Source of the DNA: Octopus sinensis
Lineage: Eukaryota
Length of the DNA: 35,148 nucleotides
Direction of reading: 5' to 3'
Assembly (NCBI RefSeq): GCF_006345805.1
Contig: NW_021832088.1
Coordinates: forward strand, 1-35,148
Part shown: positions 12,022-23,560 of the stretch, piece by piece
Layout: each line of letters opens with the position of its first letter
Numbering within the stretch: the first letter of the stretch is position 1
Translations under genes and position numbers: made by a program
The notes under the pieces: generated by a model
What the model was told of the DNA's origin: nothing
The model's database searches: none
What the model saw: the letters and a program-made list of their open reading frames with translations, nothing else

Positions 12022-15000
12022 TCATAGGACTATGCTCAAGGTGGCTTCGTCATTCATACGTGCCATTCTTGCTACATTCACCATCTTTTTTTAAAACATT
12101 CGCTAGACAAAACTTGCCTCTCTACTCTCACTTTCCTTTTCAAGTGGTACTTGAAGAGTTGATGAGAGATTGACCAGAAGGAAAGTGTTTGTCTCCAATC
12201 CTTTCAGACGCGTCCACCAGATACATTCTTTCGCCATAGCCACAAGGATGATGAAAATAGCTCTTCCTTCCCGTTTGAAGGAAGGAGGCGTGACAATATT
12301 GACGATAGACTCAGCTGATAAACCGACTCGTCCCACACGTGACAGCATTTGTTCGACATAAGCCCACAGGTCGAAATTGTTGGACACTGAACGAGTGCGT
12401 GCAGAACGGTTTCGTCGCTCTGACCGCATCTCGGGCAGGTCGCCCCGTGTTTCTCGAGCCGTGTCTGTAGAGCTTATCCCGAACGGGTAGCGCTTCTCGG
12501 TAGCACTGCCAGCCAGGGATCTCTGGAAGTTGTCCATGGGCCCTGGCCCGAAGTCGTCCCGAACAGGCGGGTCAGGTACTCCTCGTCGACGTCCAGGTTT
12601 CCCCGAGCTCGTCGTCGTACCTCCCCTCCACTAAGCCCCTATAGAATGCTTTGGTTGTGTTGAAGTCACTTAAGGTCGACCCAGGACGGCAGAGTTGCTT
12701 GAGAGCAACGCGACACTCGCGGTGCCATTCGCCCTTCCTCGGCCTCTTTTTGATCCACGACTGCAGTTCGGTCATGGAGACGAGCTGCGGGAAGCGTGCC
12801 TCACAAACGGCGACCACACCTGTTCACCGTCGTCTACATAGAGCCAGAGATGTCGCAGTCTCAGCGCGTGTCTGCGCATCATCAACCACGGCATGCCCAG
12901 CCCTCCTTTTAACGGGTGTTGACAGCAAATGGATCGCCTGACCATCGGGACGCATCCTTTCCACAAGAAGCGAAAGAGGATGCGTTGTTAGTTTGGTGAT
13001 GGTAGGGTCGGGACAAGGTACGACGGTCAGGCGGTAGTAGATGACGGACGCGATGTACGTGTCGCCACCTCCGCTCGACCTTTTAGGGACAGTTCCTCTC
13101 GCCCATTGCCGGGCGAGAGTGACCACCCTACTCGTTATCTCGTTCCAGTTCTTCTCCACTTGGAGGTCGGACCAAACCAGACCCCGAGCAACTCAACCGG
13201 GCCGTCGGTCCAGCGTCCCACGACGGAGGCGCTGTGGACGGCATGGGCTTGCTTCTCCAGGTGCCTAGTCGCAAGCCCACTGACTTTTCCCGGTTGATTT
13301 TCGTCCTGTCACCGCTTCGTAGTTTTTCAGTGTCTCGCCGACCAGCTCGATGTGCTCGTGGCTAGACACTATGACGGTGACGTCGTCCGCGTATGCAGAC
13401 ACGCTCGTCCCGCATCCCAATTCTCGCGGGATGCCCCTTAGAGTCGCCAGCTTCCGCAGTAGTGGCTCAAGAGTCAATACGTATAGAAGCGCCGAGAGGG
13501 GGCATCCCTGACGGACCGAACGTGCAATGTCGAAAGGTCTCGATAGATGTCCATTTACGCGAATTACCGAACGGATGCCTCTGTACAAGGCAGCTATCCA
13601 GCCGCGGAAGACGGGACCGAAACCAGCCCTCTCTCAGGACTGCCTCCAAGTATCGATGGTCTACCCTATCAAAGGCTTTTGATTGATCCAAGTTGATCAG
13701 GGCCCCACCCATGCCAGGTTCGTTAACTACCCTGTCTATGATGTAGCGCATCAGATGGAGGTTGTCATGGATGGTCCGCCTGGCACGGCGCATGTTTGCG
13801 CCTTGTCGACCAGTTTTCTTCTCGATGACAAGCGCCAACCTCTTGGCTAGCACCTTGGCCAAAATTTTCAAGTCTGCATTAAGCAGAGTGATGGGCCTAA
13901 AGTTATCTATTACATTTCCCTTGTTTAGATCTTTCTTCAGCAGTGTTACGGCTCCTCGGCTCACAAAACCAGGAATGCTCCCGTTTTGCTGCCAGTTGCA
14001 GTAAACCCGCCGCCAAGAGATCTCCAACAAGTCTGGCATACAATTGTAAAGCTCGTAGGGTAGACCATCCAAACCCGGTGATTTGTCCCTCGAGCATTCT
14101 GCCATCGCTTCCCGCACTTCCTTCGCCGCCGTGATGGCACCTTCGCAGCACCCTGCCTTTCTTGTCGAGAGTCGTGGTAAGCTATGTAGGTAGGCACTGA
14201 AGTCCACCCTACGTTCTTGCCCTCCACTCGTTCCGAACAGTCGGGCAAAATGCTGCTGAAAGGCCTCACACATTTTACTTGGCTCGAGCAATTCGCGCCC
14301 CTGTTCATCTACCAGTGACCGAATGGTGGCTTTGTTGCCCTGTTGCGCCTCTGCCACCCGGGCCTCTCTCGCGGCTCCAACACCTTCGTTCCTTAGAGCA
14401 CGCATCCTAGCTCTGACAGCACATCCTTCGTGTTTGGCGTTGAAGTGTTGGTCGAGGGCCAACCTCGCCGCCAAAACGTCGGATGCGATGCCGCTTCTAA
14501 TTGCCTCTTCTAGCTTCTTAACTAGCTCACCCTCTACTCTATTTCTATCTATGGCTAGTGCTTTGCTGTACCTAATCGCTTCTGCTTTTACTGCTCTCTT
14601 GAGGGCAAACCACCATTTGTTGTTGATGATGGCTCCCGTCAAAGCCCTCTTTACTAGTGTGCTAATCCGGTCTCTGAAAACTTGTCTCGATGGGAAAGAC
14701 GCGTTTAGTTTCCAGTATCCGGGACCCTGCCTAAGTGTCTTACCTAAGTCTAGCGTACATGTCACAAGTTTGTGATCCGTGTAGCTGACTATGTGGAATT
14801 GTGGACATCCTATGCTATCTCTATCTACTGTCCTACACAGTATCCTATCTAGATACGATCTCGACGACCCGATGCGGTTGCTCCATGTCCACGTTGGCGC
14901 ATTCGGGTGGTCTAGTCGAAACCTGTCAGACAGTTGAAAGCGTCTGAGCAGGTCTCTGAGGCATTTGCATCCCCGTCTATTCCTATCTCTACCCACGTAG

Positions 15001-15446
15001 TCTACATGCGTGTCCAAGGTAGCATTCCAATCCCCCACTAAGAGTAAAGGACGAGACGTTCCCAAGAAAACTTCTAGACGTTGAAAGAAATCCGCCCGAC
15101 CTGTTAAGGGCGGTGCGTAAACTGATACGAGCCGAAAAGCGCACCCATTGCTGCCGTCGACATCCAGGACGACCAGTCTACCCTCCGGTCTACGAATATT
15201 GTCCTTACATTGAGATCCAGACTCTTGTGAAAAAGTACCGCGGTGCCACTACCGCCCATTCTCGGCAGACAGGGAAAAAAATGGTGAACTGTCCGCCAAA
15301 CATGGTCTTTAGGGCCCGCGGATTGTGGAGTCTGGTCTCGCTTATGGCTATGATTTCTAACTTATGTGACTTTATGTCATTTAAGAGGTACCCTTGTTTC
15401 CAAGGGGACCCCAAGCCACGCGCATTTACAAACCAATCTTGATCAT
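12022..15446 (-). pseudogene. ORF2: apurinic-like endonuclease + reverse transcriptase + C-terminal Zn finger (frameshifted in this sequence)
   Basis: ATG at 15446 (MIKIG..NARGL..IAISETRL). EN motifs VYAP, LVGDWNA, YLDRI, TDH. RT YADD at 13393-13382. CPRCGQSDETVLHALVQC at 12437-12384. Ends ..TLSIVL-TGA at 12024-12022. Reconstructed from ORF-track pieces 15205-15414, 13467-15065, 13265-13588, 12824-13159, 12772-12966, 12572-12817 and 12103-12537. Confidence 0.9.
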
Positions 15447-15473
15447 AGTTCTAATGAATTAGAATACAGAGGG

Positions 15474-17419
15474 TTACTTACTGCTCGAAAGTTTTGCTTT
15501 CTCCTCCGTTGGTTTGTCCTCGAGAAGATCCCGTACAGTTCTTTGTGAGATATTTTTGGCATTTACCAACCGCACTGGGGAAAAGCCTTTGAGTGGTGGT
15601 GCAGACTTTTGGAGATGTGTATTATTTTGATGTGGTCTGGTGGTGTTGTGTATGGGTGGTTGTTTGTTTTTATGTCATCTTCTGTTATGTTTGTTTTTGA
15701 TTGGATGATGTATTCCATCAAATTTGTTTTTTGGTGTCTATGGCTGTGAGCATGTTTGCTGTATATGTTTTTGGTGGTGTTGGTGTGGCTGTTGTTTGCG
15801 TTGGGTTTTGAAATGTCTTCGGGAGATGTATTTCCCCCTGCTTTGTTCGTGTTTGCATTTGGTTTGGTTGTGTTTCTGCTCTTTATTTTCCTTCTTTTTG
15901 TAGCTATTTGCCATTCCTCACTGGTTTCGTCGTCTCCGACGAAATTTCTGAGGAATCAGAAGGGGGTAGGGGTATGTTGTGGGCTTCTAGTGTATGTCTG
16001 TGTAAGTGTTGTGTTGTTGTTTTCGTTGTTGTTGGTTGTTGAGTGTTTGTGTGTGTTGAGTGCGGTATAAGGGATGGGGGATCAGTTTGTGTGTTTTCTT
16101 TGTTTTTCTGTTCCTTTCGGTTTTGCTGTTGATGGTAGTGTTGGTATTTTTCCAGGTGTCGAGTGGTTTTTGGTTGATGACGGATTAGCTTGGTGTGCTT
16201 CTCTTGTCGTCTTCTGTGTTGATGGTGGTGTGGGTAGTAGAGCTTTTTTTCCGGAGTGCTTTGGTTGTGGTAGTGGTTGTTGTTGTTGCTCTTGGTGTGC
16301 AGTGGTTGGGCACGTCTTTTTCAAGTGTGTTTCGCTTCCACACAAATAGCAGCGTGGTCGCCTGCCCTCTACCACTATATAGAGTTTGTAGCCTCCTGGC
16401 AGTTCTATAGCGGTGGGTATCTTCTCTCTTGCTGCTTCATCCAATTGAAGCAGGAATTCGATTGATTTGCCCACATAGTCTTTCTCTCCTAGAACCGCGA
16501 TTTCCAGGATGTTGTCTCTGACATTGTCTCTGACATTTCAAAGCAGATGGCAGAGACCACCCATTGTGTTTCGACATCAAATGGTATGTTTTTTATTTGG
16601 ACTTTCGTGACCCTTTTGTTTAATAGACTGGTATCATTACCAAGTCGTCCGAATGTAGCTCCAATGTGGAAAAACGTTTTGCTAAACTTTCGTTGAGGAA
16701 ACGTACTTGGACTGTACCAAATTTGTTTCCCCAACTGATATATTCCTTGGAGTCCCATACAGGACGAAGGCATTTATCGATTTTTCCTGCGGTGCATTTC
16801 TGTTCTTCTTGTTTTTTTTTGCGTGTTTTCCACGATGTGTTGTGGAATATGAAGGTGCAATTTGTCTCCTTCTTTGGAGAAGAGTGCCTTTGTGCGGTTT
16901 ATCTCTTGTGTGGTGAATGTTACAATTGTTCTTTTTTGTTTTGTTACGTCCGCAAAATTCGTTCTGAATTTGGCAGTAGAAGTGTTAATTGTGGCAGTGT
17001 TAATTGAAGTCATGGTAGTGGTGTTGGTGTTGGCGGTATTAGCAGCAGAAGGCTTGGATGTAGCATTTGACGTCGTAGTAGTGGTGTTGGTGTTGGCGGT
17101 GTTGTCTTTGGTAGGCGGCTTTGTGCCAATTTCGTTGTTGTTGTTGTTGTTGGTGGTGATGGTGGTGGTGCTGGCATTCATGTTTTCGTTTGTATTCATT
17201 TTTGAAATCCCTTTCTCTGTCCCTTTATCTCAACAAGTGGTGTGGGGAGTGAGGGGAAATCTAAGTTAATGTCTTTGGTCGCGGCGATGGTGAATGCGAC
17301 GTTAGATTTGTTGTTGTTGTTGTTGGTGGTGGTGATGGTGGTGACAGCGGTGTTCACGCTGCGATGTTTAGCAGCTAGTGGTAGCAATAGTGTTTTGCTA
17401 CGTGGTTTCTAGTTGCCAT
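15474..17419 (-). pseudogene. ORF1: gag-like nucleic-acid-binding protein with CCHC zinc knuckle (frameshifted in this sequence)
   Basis: CYLCGSETHLKKTC (CX2CX4HX4C) at 16351-16310, preceded by an RRM-like segment (VTKVQIKNIPFDV...IPTAIELPGG.KLYIVVEGR). Thr/Asn-rich N-terminus and Thr/Lys/Gln-rich C-terminus. Putative ATG at 17419 and stop TAA at 15476-15474. The start position is less certain. Confidence 0.82.
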
Positions 17420-17643
17420 TTTCAAAATGAAAAATGGCTAAAAAACCCACGAAAGTTTTGAAAGTTTTTTTGTAATTTCGCCCATACAGGGGCGGAATTC
17501 TACGTGAATAATTCTCAGGTTTTTTAGTGAATGAATTTGCACAACGATTAAAACAAAATATTTGACAACAAGGAGTTTTAAACATGTAAAAGTGGCCAAC
17601 TTACTTGGAGCCGATATGACTAGCGTCCGTCCATTGTGAGATT

Positions 17644-17731
17644 AGATAGATAGATAGATAGATAGATGGATAAATAGATAGATAGATATAGATAGATAGA
17701 TAGATAGATAGATTGATAGATAGGTGGACAG

Positions 17732-17762
<31 letters not shown>

Positions 17763-17830
17763 GACAGATGGATAGATAGACAGATAGCTAGATGATTAGT
17801 TAGATTAATGTATAGATTGACGGATAGGTG
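17644..17830. repeat. (GATA)n array abutting the 5' end of the Tx1-like element
   Basis: ~190 bp of GATA with GACA/GGTA variants, in the same orientation as the array at 11582-11629. Confidence 0.95.
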
Positions 17831-17845
17831 GTTGGCTATATGGAT

Positions 17846-17878
<33 letters not shown>

Positions 17879-17891
17879 GCATGCATGCATG

Positions 17892-17928
<37 letters not shown>

Positions 17929-17981
17929 CTGTCTCTGTCTGCCTGTCTGTCTGTCTCTCTGTCTGTCTGTCTCTCTCTGTC

Positions 17982-18013
<32 letters not shown>

Positions 18014-18057
18014 TAGTAAGGGAGATAAATGGATAGATAGATAGCTAGATAGGGACG

Positions 18058-18128
<71 letters not shown>

Positions 18129-18239
18129 GAGAGAGCTAGAAAGTGTCATGAAGGAACCAGCAGTTTTGGCGCTGAAAATGGCGGATGGCTGCATTATTAA
18201 AAATGATTTAAAATTTTGGCGCAAAACCCGCCAATTCGG

Positions 18240-18455
18240 GGGAGGGGTAAGTCAATTAGATCGATCCCCCCAATATTGGGGAGGAGACTAGTGGAATACA
18301 TCGATACCCGAGTTTCACTGGTTCTTAATTTATGGACCGCGAAAGGATAAAAGGCAAACTCGACCACGGTGGAACTTGCATTCAGAACATAGAGGCAGGC
18401 ACAAAACCGCTAAGCATTTTGTCCCGTGTGTTAACGATTCCGTCAGTTCTCTGCC
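18240..18455 (-). mobile_element. tRNA-derived SINE, family B (decayed, 3' part partly duplicated)
   Basis: GAAAGGATAAAAGGCAAACTCGACC..GGAACTTG..TAAGCATTT..TAACGATTC matches 29850-30051 and 34580-34692. Confidence 0.8.
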
Positions 18456-18828
18456 TTGCTTGTCGCTTTAATAATAACAATATTGATGGATGTAACTTAT
18501 TTCCAAATCAGCTCTTATTAAACAGACCGATGATGAAAAAAGATTTTCAGCAGAGACCATTTCGTTTTATTTCCAATCATTATATTTAAGCCTCACCAAT
18601 ACACTCCCATCATTCTCCTTCAGATCTGCTGTCTTCTCTCTCTTTCTTTAGCACAACTATAATGGCCTCTACTGACCGAAGCCACCAGGTTCGACCCACA
18701 TTACTTCAAGCACTTTAGGTTCTCCCGTCTCTCCATCTCCCTTCACCCATGTTAGGCCCGCTGACAGCGTAATGTGCGGAGTTTCTTTCCTTGATATTTA
18801 AAAAAAAAAATCAACATTAAACATTTTT

Positions 18829-19096
18829 CAGTTCTATATTTAAGAGATGAGGAAAAATGTACATTATTTACATTTGGCGGGTATTTGTCCTCATCTTGTT
18901 TGTTGTTAAAACAACGTTTCGGCTCATATACCCTCCAGCCTTCACCAGGTATCTTGGGGAAATTTCGAACCTGTGTTGCCGTTTCCAAGGTATTCTTCCT
19001 CTTCTTCTTCTTATTATTATTCAGGTCACTTCCTGGAATCGAACTCGGAATCTTGGGGTTAGTAGCCCGCGCTCTTAACTACAATGCCATATACCC
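18829..19096 (-). mobile_element. tRNA-headed SINE with AAT/AAG linker and hammerhead-ribozyme-like 3' body (copy A, core mutated)
   Basis: Head GGGTATATGGCATTGTAGTTAAGAGC...GAGTTCGATTCC (B box 19044-19035). The body matches 33369-33540 and 34441-34577. The core reads CTGGTGA instead of CTGATGA. Confidence 0.85.
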
Positions 19097-19109
19097 ATTT
19101 AAATTTTAT

Positions 19110-19455
19110 TCTTTTATTCCTTTATTTGTTTCAGTCATTAGACAGAGGCCATGCTGGAGCACCAGCTTGAAGGATATTAGTTGAAAAAATTGACTCCAGA
19201 ACTTATTCCATGTAAGCCGAATACTTATTCTATCGGGTTTCGTTTGCCGAACCACTAAGTTATGGTGACGTAAACACACCAACACCGGTTGTCAAGTGGT
19301 GATAGAGGAGATAAATAATTTATACACACATACAGATAGTCTTCTTTCAGTTTCCGTCTACCGGATCCACTCACAAAGATTTGGCCGGTTTGAGACTTAC
19401 CCCAAGGTGTCATGAAGTGGGACTGAACCCGTAACGATGTGGTTGGGAAGCAAAT
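19110..19455 (-). mobile_element. tRNA-derived SINE, family A (plus a second 3' fragment at ~19522-19605)
   Basis: Collinear with 8327-8672. Head GGGACTGAACCCGTAACGATGTGGTTGGGAAGCAA reads as a B-box region on the minus strand. Confidence 0.85.
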
Positions 19456-20089
19456 ATTGTTTTATTCAAATCTTTATTTTGATAAATCATTTTCTGTGCG
19501 ACTGGAATATGACATGATACCTTTTTATCTTTATTCAACTGTTTCACGTGACTGGCCATGCTGGGGCACCGCCATGAAGGGGTTTAGTCGAACAGATTGA
19601 ACTCCTTACCGGCAGGACCCAATCCTTCGGGCCCTGTTAACAACATTAATACTGCGAGCCTCGGTGTGGAGTGTGGAGTGCGGAGTATGGGAGCGCGATG
19701 GCGATGGGTGCTGTCCTTCATCTTATCAAAATTAATAAAGAAGAAAAATAAACACAAAATTTTTTATGTGTTTTCTTAGTTTCAATTGCAATGTGTGGTC
19801 TGAGGGTGATTTGACTACTCTTTCTATTGGGACGACTGACCACGTACATTGGTCAGTTGTTGGTCCGTAGTGATTATGGTTGTTGTTGTTATTGCCCTAC
19901 ATCAACCCTGATTAAGTGGACATATCGCAGTATCACAGAAGACGTTTCAAGTATGGCTATCCCGTTTATTGCTGACCTTTTATTCAAGACGTTATTATCA
20001 GCTTTGCGGAAACTTAACTGCTATTTCTTGCGTACCCAGCAACCACTTAGTGGCTTCCTCTTCGGCTTTAGTTTTGCAGCGGTAGAGCG

Positions 20090-20500
20090 TTAGTGGTGGT
20101 GTTGGTGGCAGCGGAGGCGGCGGGGATTGAGGGGTGGTGGTGGTGGTGCTGGTGCTGGATGGCAGTTGCGGTGGTAGTTGTAGCGGTAGTTATGAGGCTT
20201 GAGGTACTGGAGCTAGTAGCGGTGTTGTTGTTGGTGATGGCGATGTGGGTGGTGGTAGAGGTGGTGTTGGTTACGGTGTTGGCCTTGGGGTATTGGTGGT
20301 GGAGGCGTGGGTGGTGGTGGTAGTGTTTGGGTTGGTGGTGTTTTGGTGTTAGTAGTGGGATATTGGTGGTGGTGGTGTTATTGGTGTTGGTGGTGTGGTG
20401 GTGTTGGTGAAGCTGGTGTGGTGGTGTTGGTGTGTTGGTGGTGGTAGTGGTGGTAGTGGCAGTGTTGTTGTTGTTGGTAATATAGTCGGTGTTGGTGGTG
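20090..20500. repeat. Degenerate (GGT)n low-complexity tract
   Basis: Direct inspection; a second such tract at ~21630-21900. Confidence 0.9.
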
Positions 20501-20705
20501 GGTGTACATTAGGTAAATAAAAGTGCAGCGAACAAACAGAAACCGAAGGCAAGAAGAAAGGGTTTGGATCGAAGGTCAGCATTGAAAGGGGAGAGGCAAG
20601 GAAGGAAAGACGGGGAAGTAACAAAACAAACAGACACACAGACAGACGAACAAATGCATGGAGAGTGTATTCATATGTCACTGTGCGGGCAAGTGTGTGT
20701 GTATA

Positions 20706-20748
<43 letters not shown>

Positions 20749-21407
20749 CATACATATATATATATATTTATATATACAATATATATATATTTATATACAT
20801 ATATATATACATGCATATATATACATATATATACATATCATATATATACATACATATATATATACATATACATATATATATTTATATATTTATATATATA
20901 CATATCATTAAACACAGACACACATACACACATACACATATACATGCATGTACACACATAGACATGCCCACAGTCAGTCTCACACACATGCAGATATGCA
21001 TACATGCATTCATATAGTCATACACACACACACACACACATACACACATACATATATACATCATCCATTAAAAGGAGAATAAAAAAGAAAAAAAACATTA
21101 AGATATATTAAAGGAGAAGTAGAAGAAAACGTGGATGTTGGAGGAGGAGGAGGAGGTGGAGGAGTGGAAAGAATAAACGGAATAAAAAAGAAAGAAAAGA
21201 AAAAGGAAAACGAAAAGAGAAAAAGAAAAAACAAACAAACGAAAAAAAGGCCTCCTAATAATAACGACGACAACACCAAAAGGGCCCCCCTCCCGCATCT
21301 ACCCTTTGTCTTCTTGGCTTTATTTATATTCCGGTTCCTCCCCTGAAGCACCAAATATTGGTCAGGTCAAAACGCAGGAATTTTCTTTTAATCTTAAAAA
21401 GTTCCAC

Positions 21408-21461
<54 letters not shown>

Positions 21462-22148
21462 CAAAGAGAGAGAGAGAGAAGCAAAGAGAGAGAGAGAGAG
21501 AGAAAGAGGGAGAGAGAGAAATGAAAGTTAGGTTGGTGACGTCACTTTATTAATATTGTGTGAATGTCGGTCCCAGATTTAGGGGTGGTGGACATATATG
21601 GATGGATGGTTTGGGGTATATATCAAACCTGTGGTAGCGGTGGTGGTGGTGGTGGTGGTAGTGGTTGTGGTTCTCGGGTAGTGGAGGTGATGATAGTAGC
21701 GGTAGGGTTAGTTGGTGGTGATGGTGGTGATGGTGGTGATGGTGATGGTGGTGGTGATGGTGGTGGAGGTTGTGTTGCTGGTGGCATTGATGGTTGTGAA
21801 GACAGCGGTGTTGGTGGTATGATGGTGGTGGATTGTTGTTGCGGCGATAATTGTGACTTTGTGGAGGTGGTCATGGATGTATTAGTGGAGGGGTGTACTG
21901 GTAACGGTAATAAGTAGCCACAGGCAACGGAGACTGGATTCGCCCGGGCGACTAGGAAGCAATTTTAGAGGGGGAGGGTGGGGATAAGGGGCGGGTGGGA
22001 AGACAAAAATGTTTTGTTGTGGTGTTGGTGGTGGTGGGTAGGGTTGGGTTGGGGATGGAAGAAATCGTGGTTATTTTTGTTGTGGTTGATTAAGGCCAAA
22101 TGAAGGCATTTTTTGGTCTCAGGAATGAAAGAACGGTAACAGAAACGG

Positions 22149-22149
<1 letters not shown>

Positions 22150-22181
<32 letters not shown>

Positions 22182-22390
22182 TATTACCATCGTCATCACT
22201 ACTACCACCACCACCACCACCACGAACACCAACACCATCACTATCGTCATCATCATCATCATTATCATAATTATCGTCGTCGTCATCATCGTCGTCATCA
22301 TCACCATCGTCAACATCATCATCACTATCATCATCATCGACGTCATTGTCATCGTCATCATCATCATCACCATCAACATCGTTATGATCG
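22150..22390. repeat. Degenerate (CAT)/(CGT)/(CAC) trinucleotide tract
   Basis: Direct inspection; gives a poly-Asp pseudo-ORF on the minus strand. Confidence 0.9.
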
Positions 22391-23034
22391 ATAGCTGCAG
22401 CAACTGTAGAGGAGTGAAGCTGGAAGCCAGAGGTGGTGCCGTGGAGTGAGATGATGAGTATATATATATATATACATATATAAATTAGAGAAAAAAACAC
22501 TATTATGTAATTCAAACAATGATAGATATAAACCATACCATATAGAAAAAAAAATATATTATAAAACATATATCTAGATCACAAAAATGTACAAGAAAAT
22601 GAATAAACATTATATACTCTCTAATATTATTATTATATATATATATATATGTATGTATATATTTTTTCAAATAACCATTATTGCCTTTAGTTTTAGTTAA
22701 TAAATAACTAGACTCACACATATCTTTCTTTCTCGTAAGGATATATGTGAATTTTCTAGATCCTATTCTGCTTTTCCCTTTCCCAAGTCCTTTGTAAAAA
22801 AAATTTGTTTATATTTCTTGCACTGAAGAGTACAGTGATATATAGTTAATTTAATTTAATCTAATTAATTTAATTCGATTCAACTATGAATTTGCATGAT
22901 TTTTATATCGCTGTACGAAACGATCATCTGCATGAATCAAAATTCTATCATATATTTTAACACCTTCTCATCTCCATTTTTATCAAAATAGTTGAGTTTT
23001 ATGGGATTTCTTTTCATATATTCACAACACACCA

Positions 23035-23040
23035 CATATG

Positions 23041-23087
<47 letters not shown>

Positions 23088-23187
23088 TAATAATAATATT
23101 AGGGAGTATATCCAAACTTACAGGGAAAATTAGATTTAGGATTAAATCAAATTTCACAGCATAATATAAATTAAATTTATATATATA

Positions 23188-23219
<32 letters not shown>

Positions 23220-23229
23220 TTATAAACGT

Positions 23230-23272
<43 letters not shown>

Positions 23273-23560
23273 GTATATATATATGTATATATATACATAC
23301 ATATACATATATATATATATATGTATATATATATACATATACATATATATATATACATATGCATATATATACATATATATATACATGTACATATATATAC
23401 ATATACATATATATATGCATATACATATATATATATAATATACATATATACACACACAGATATATATATATATACATACACTTATATATATATATATAAA
23501 TATATATACATACAAACACACACACATATATATGCATATACATATATATATACATATATA
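23035..23560. repeat. (TA)n/(TACA)n compound microsatellite
   Basis: Direct inspection. Confidence 0.95.

Larger units (their letters stand above)
11630..17640 (-). mobile_element. Full-length Tx1/L1-clade non-LTR retrotransposon (~6.0 kb)
   Basis: Layout is 5'UTR (~220 nt), ORF1, 27-nt spacer, ORF2, ~390-nt 3'UTR ending in AATAAA (11641-11636). Motifs are Tx1/L1-type: KSPGLDGLPYELY, FRPITLLNADLKILAKVLAKRL, LDQSKAFDRVDH, QGCPLS, YADD, and KGGLG in the C-terminal region. Confidence 0.93.

Noticed and set aside
13393-14775. Plus-strand ORFs (e.g. 14323-14775, 13762-14004, 13393-13686) and others opposite the Tx1 ORFs
   Set aside because: Antisense shadows of the GC-richer retrotransposon coding sequence, with no recognisable motifs.
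17644-17980. GATA array followed by an inverted TATC array around a TA core (large quasi-palindrome)
   Set aside because: Opposed microsatellite orientations are expected by chance at this density; no unique sequence in the arms.
19021-19096. tRNA-like sequence
   Set aside because: No complete acceptor stem or clean cloverleaf, and it is fused to a repeat body; called a SINE head, not a tRNA gene.
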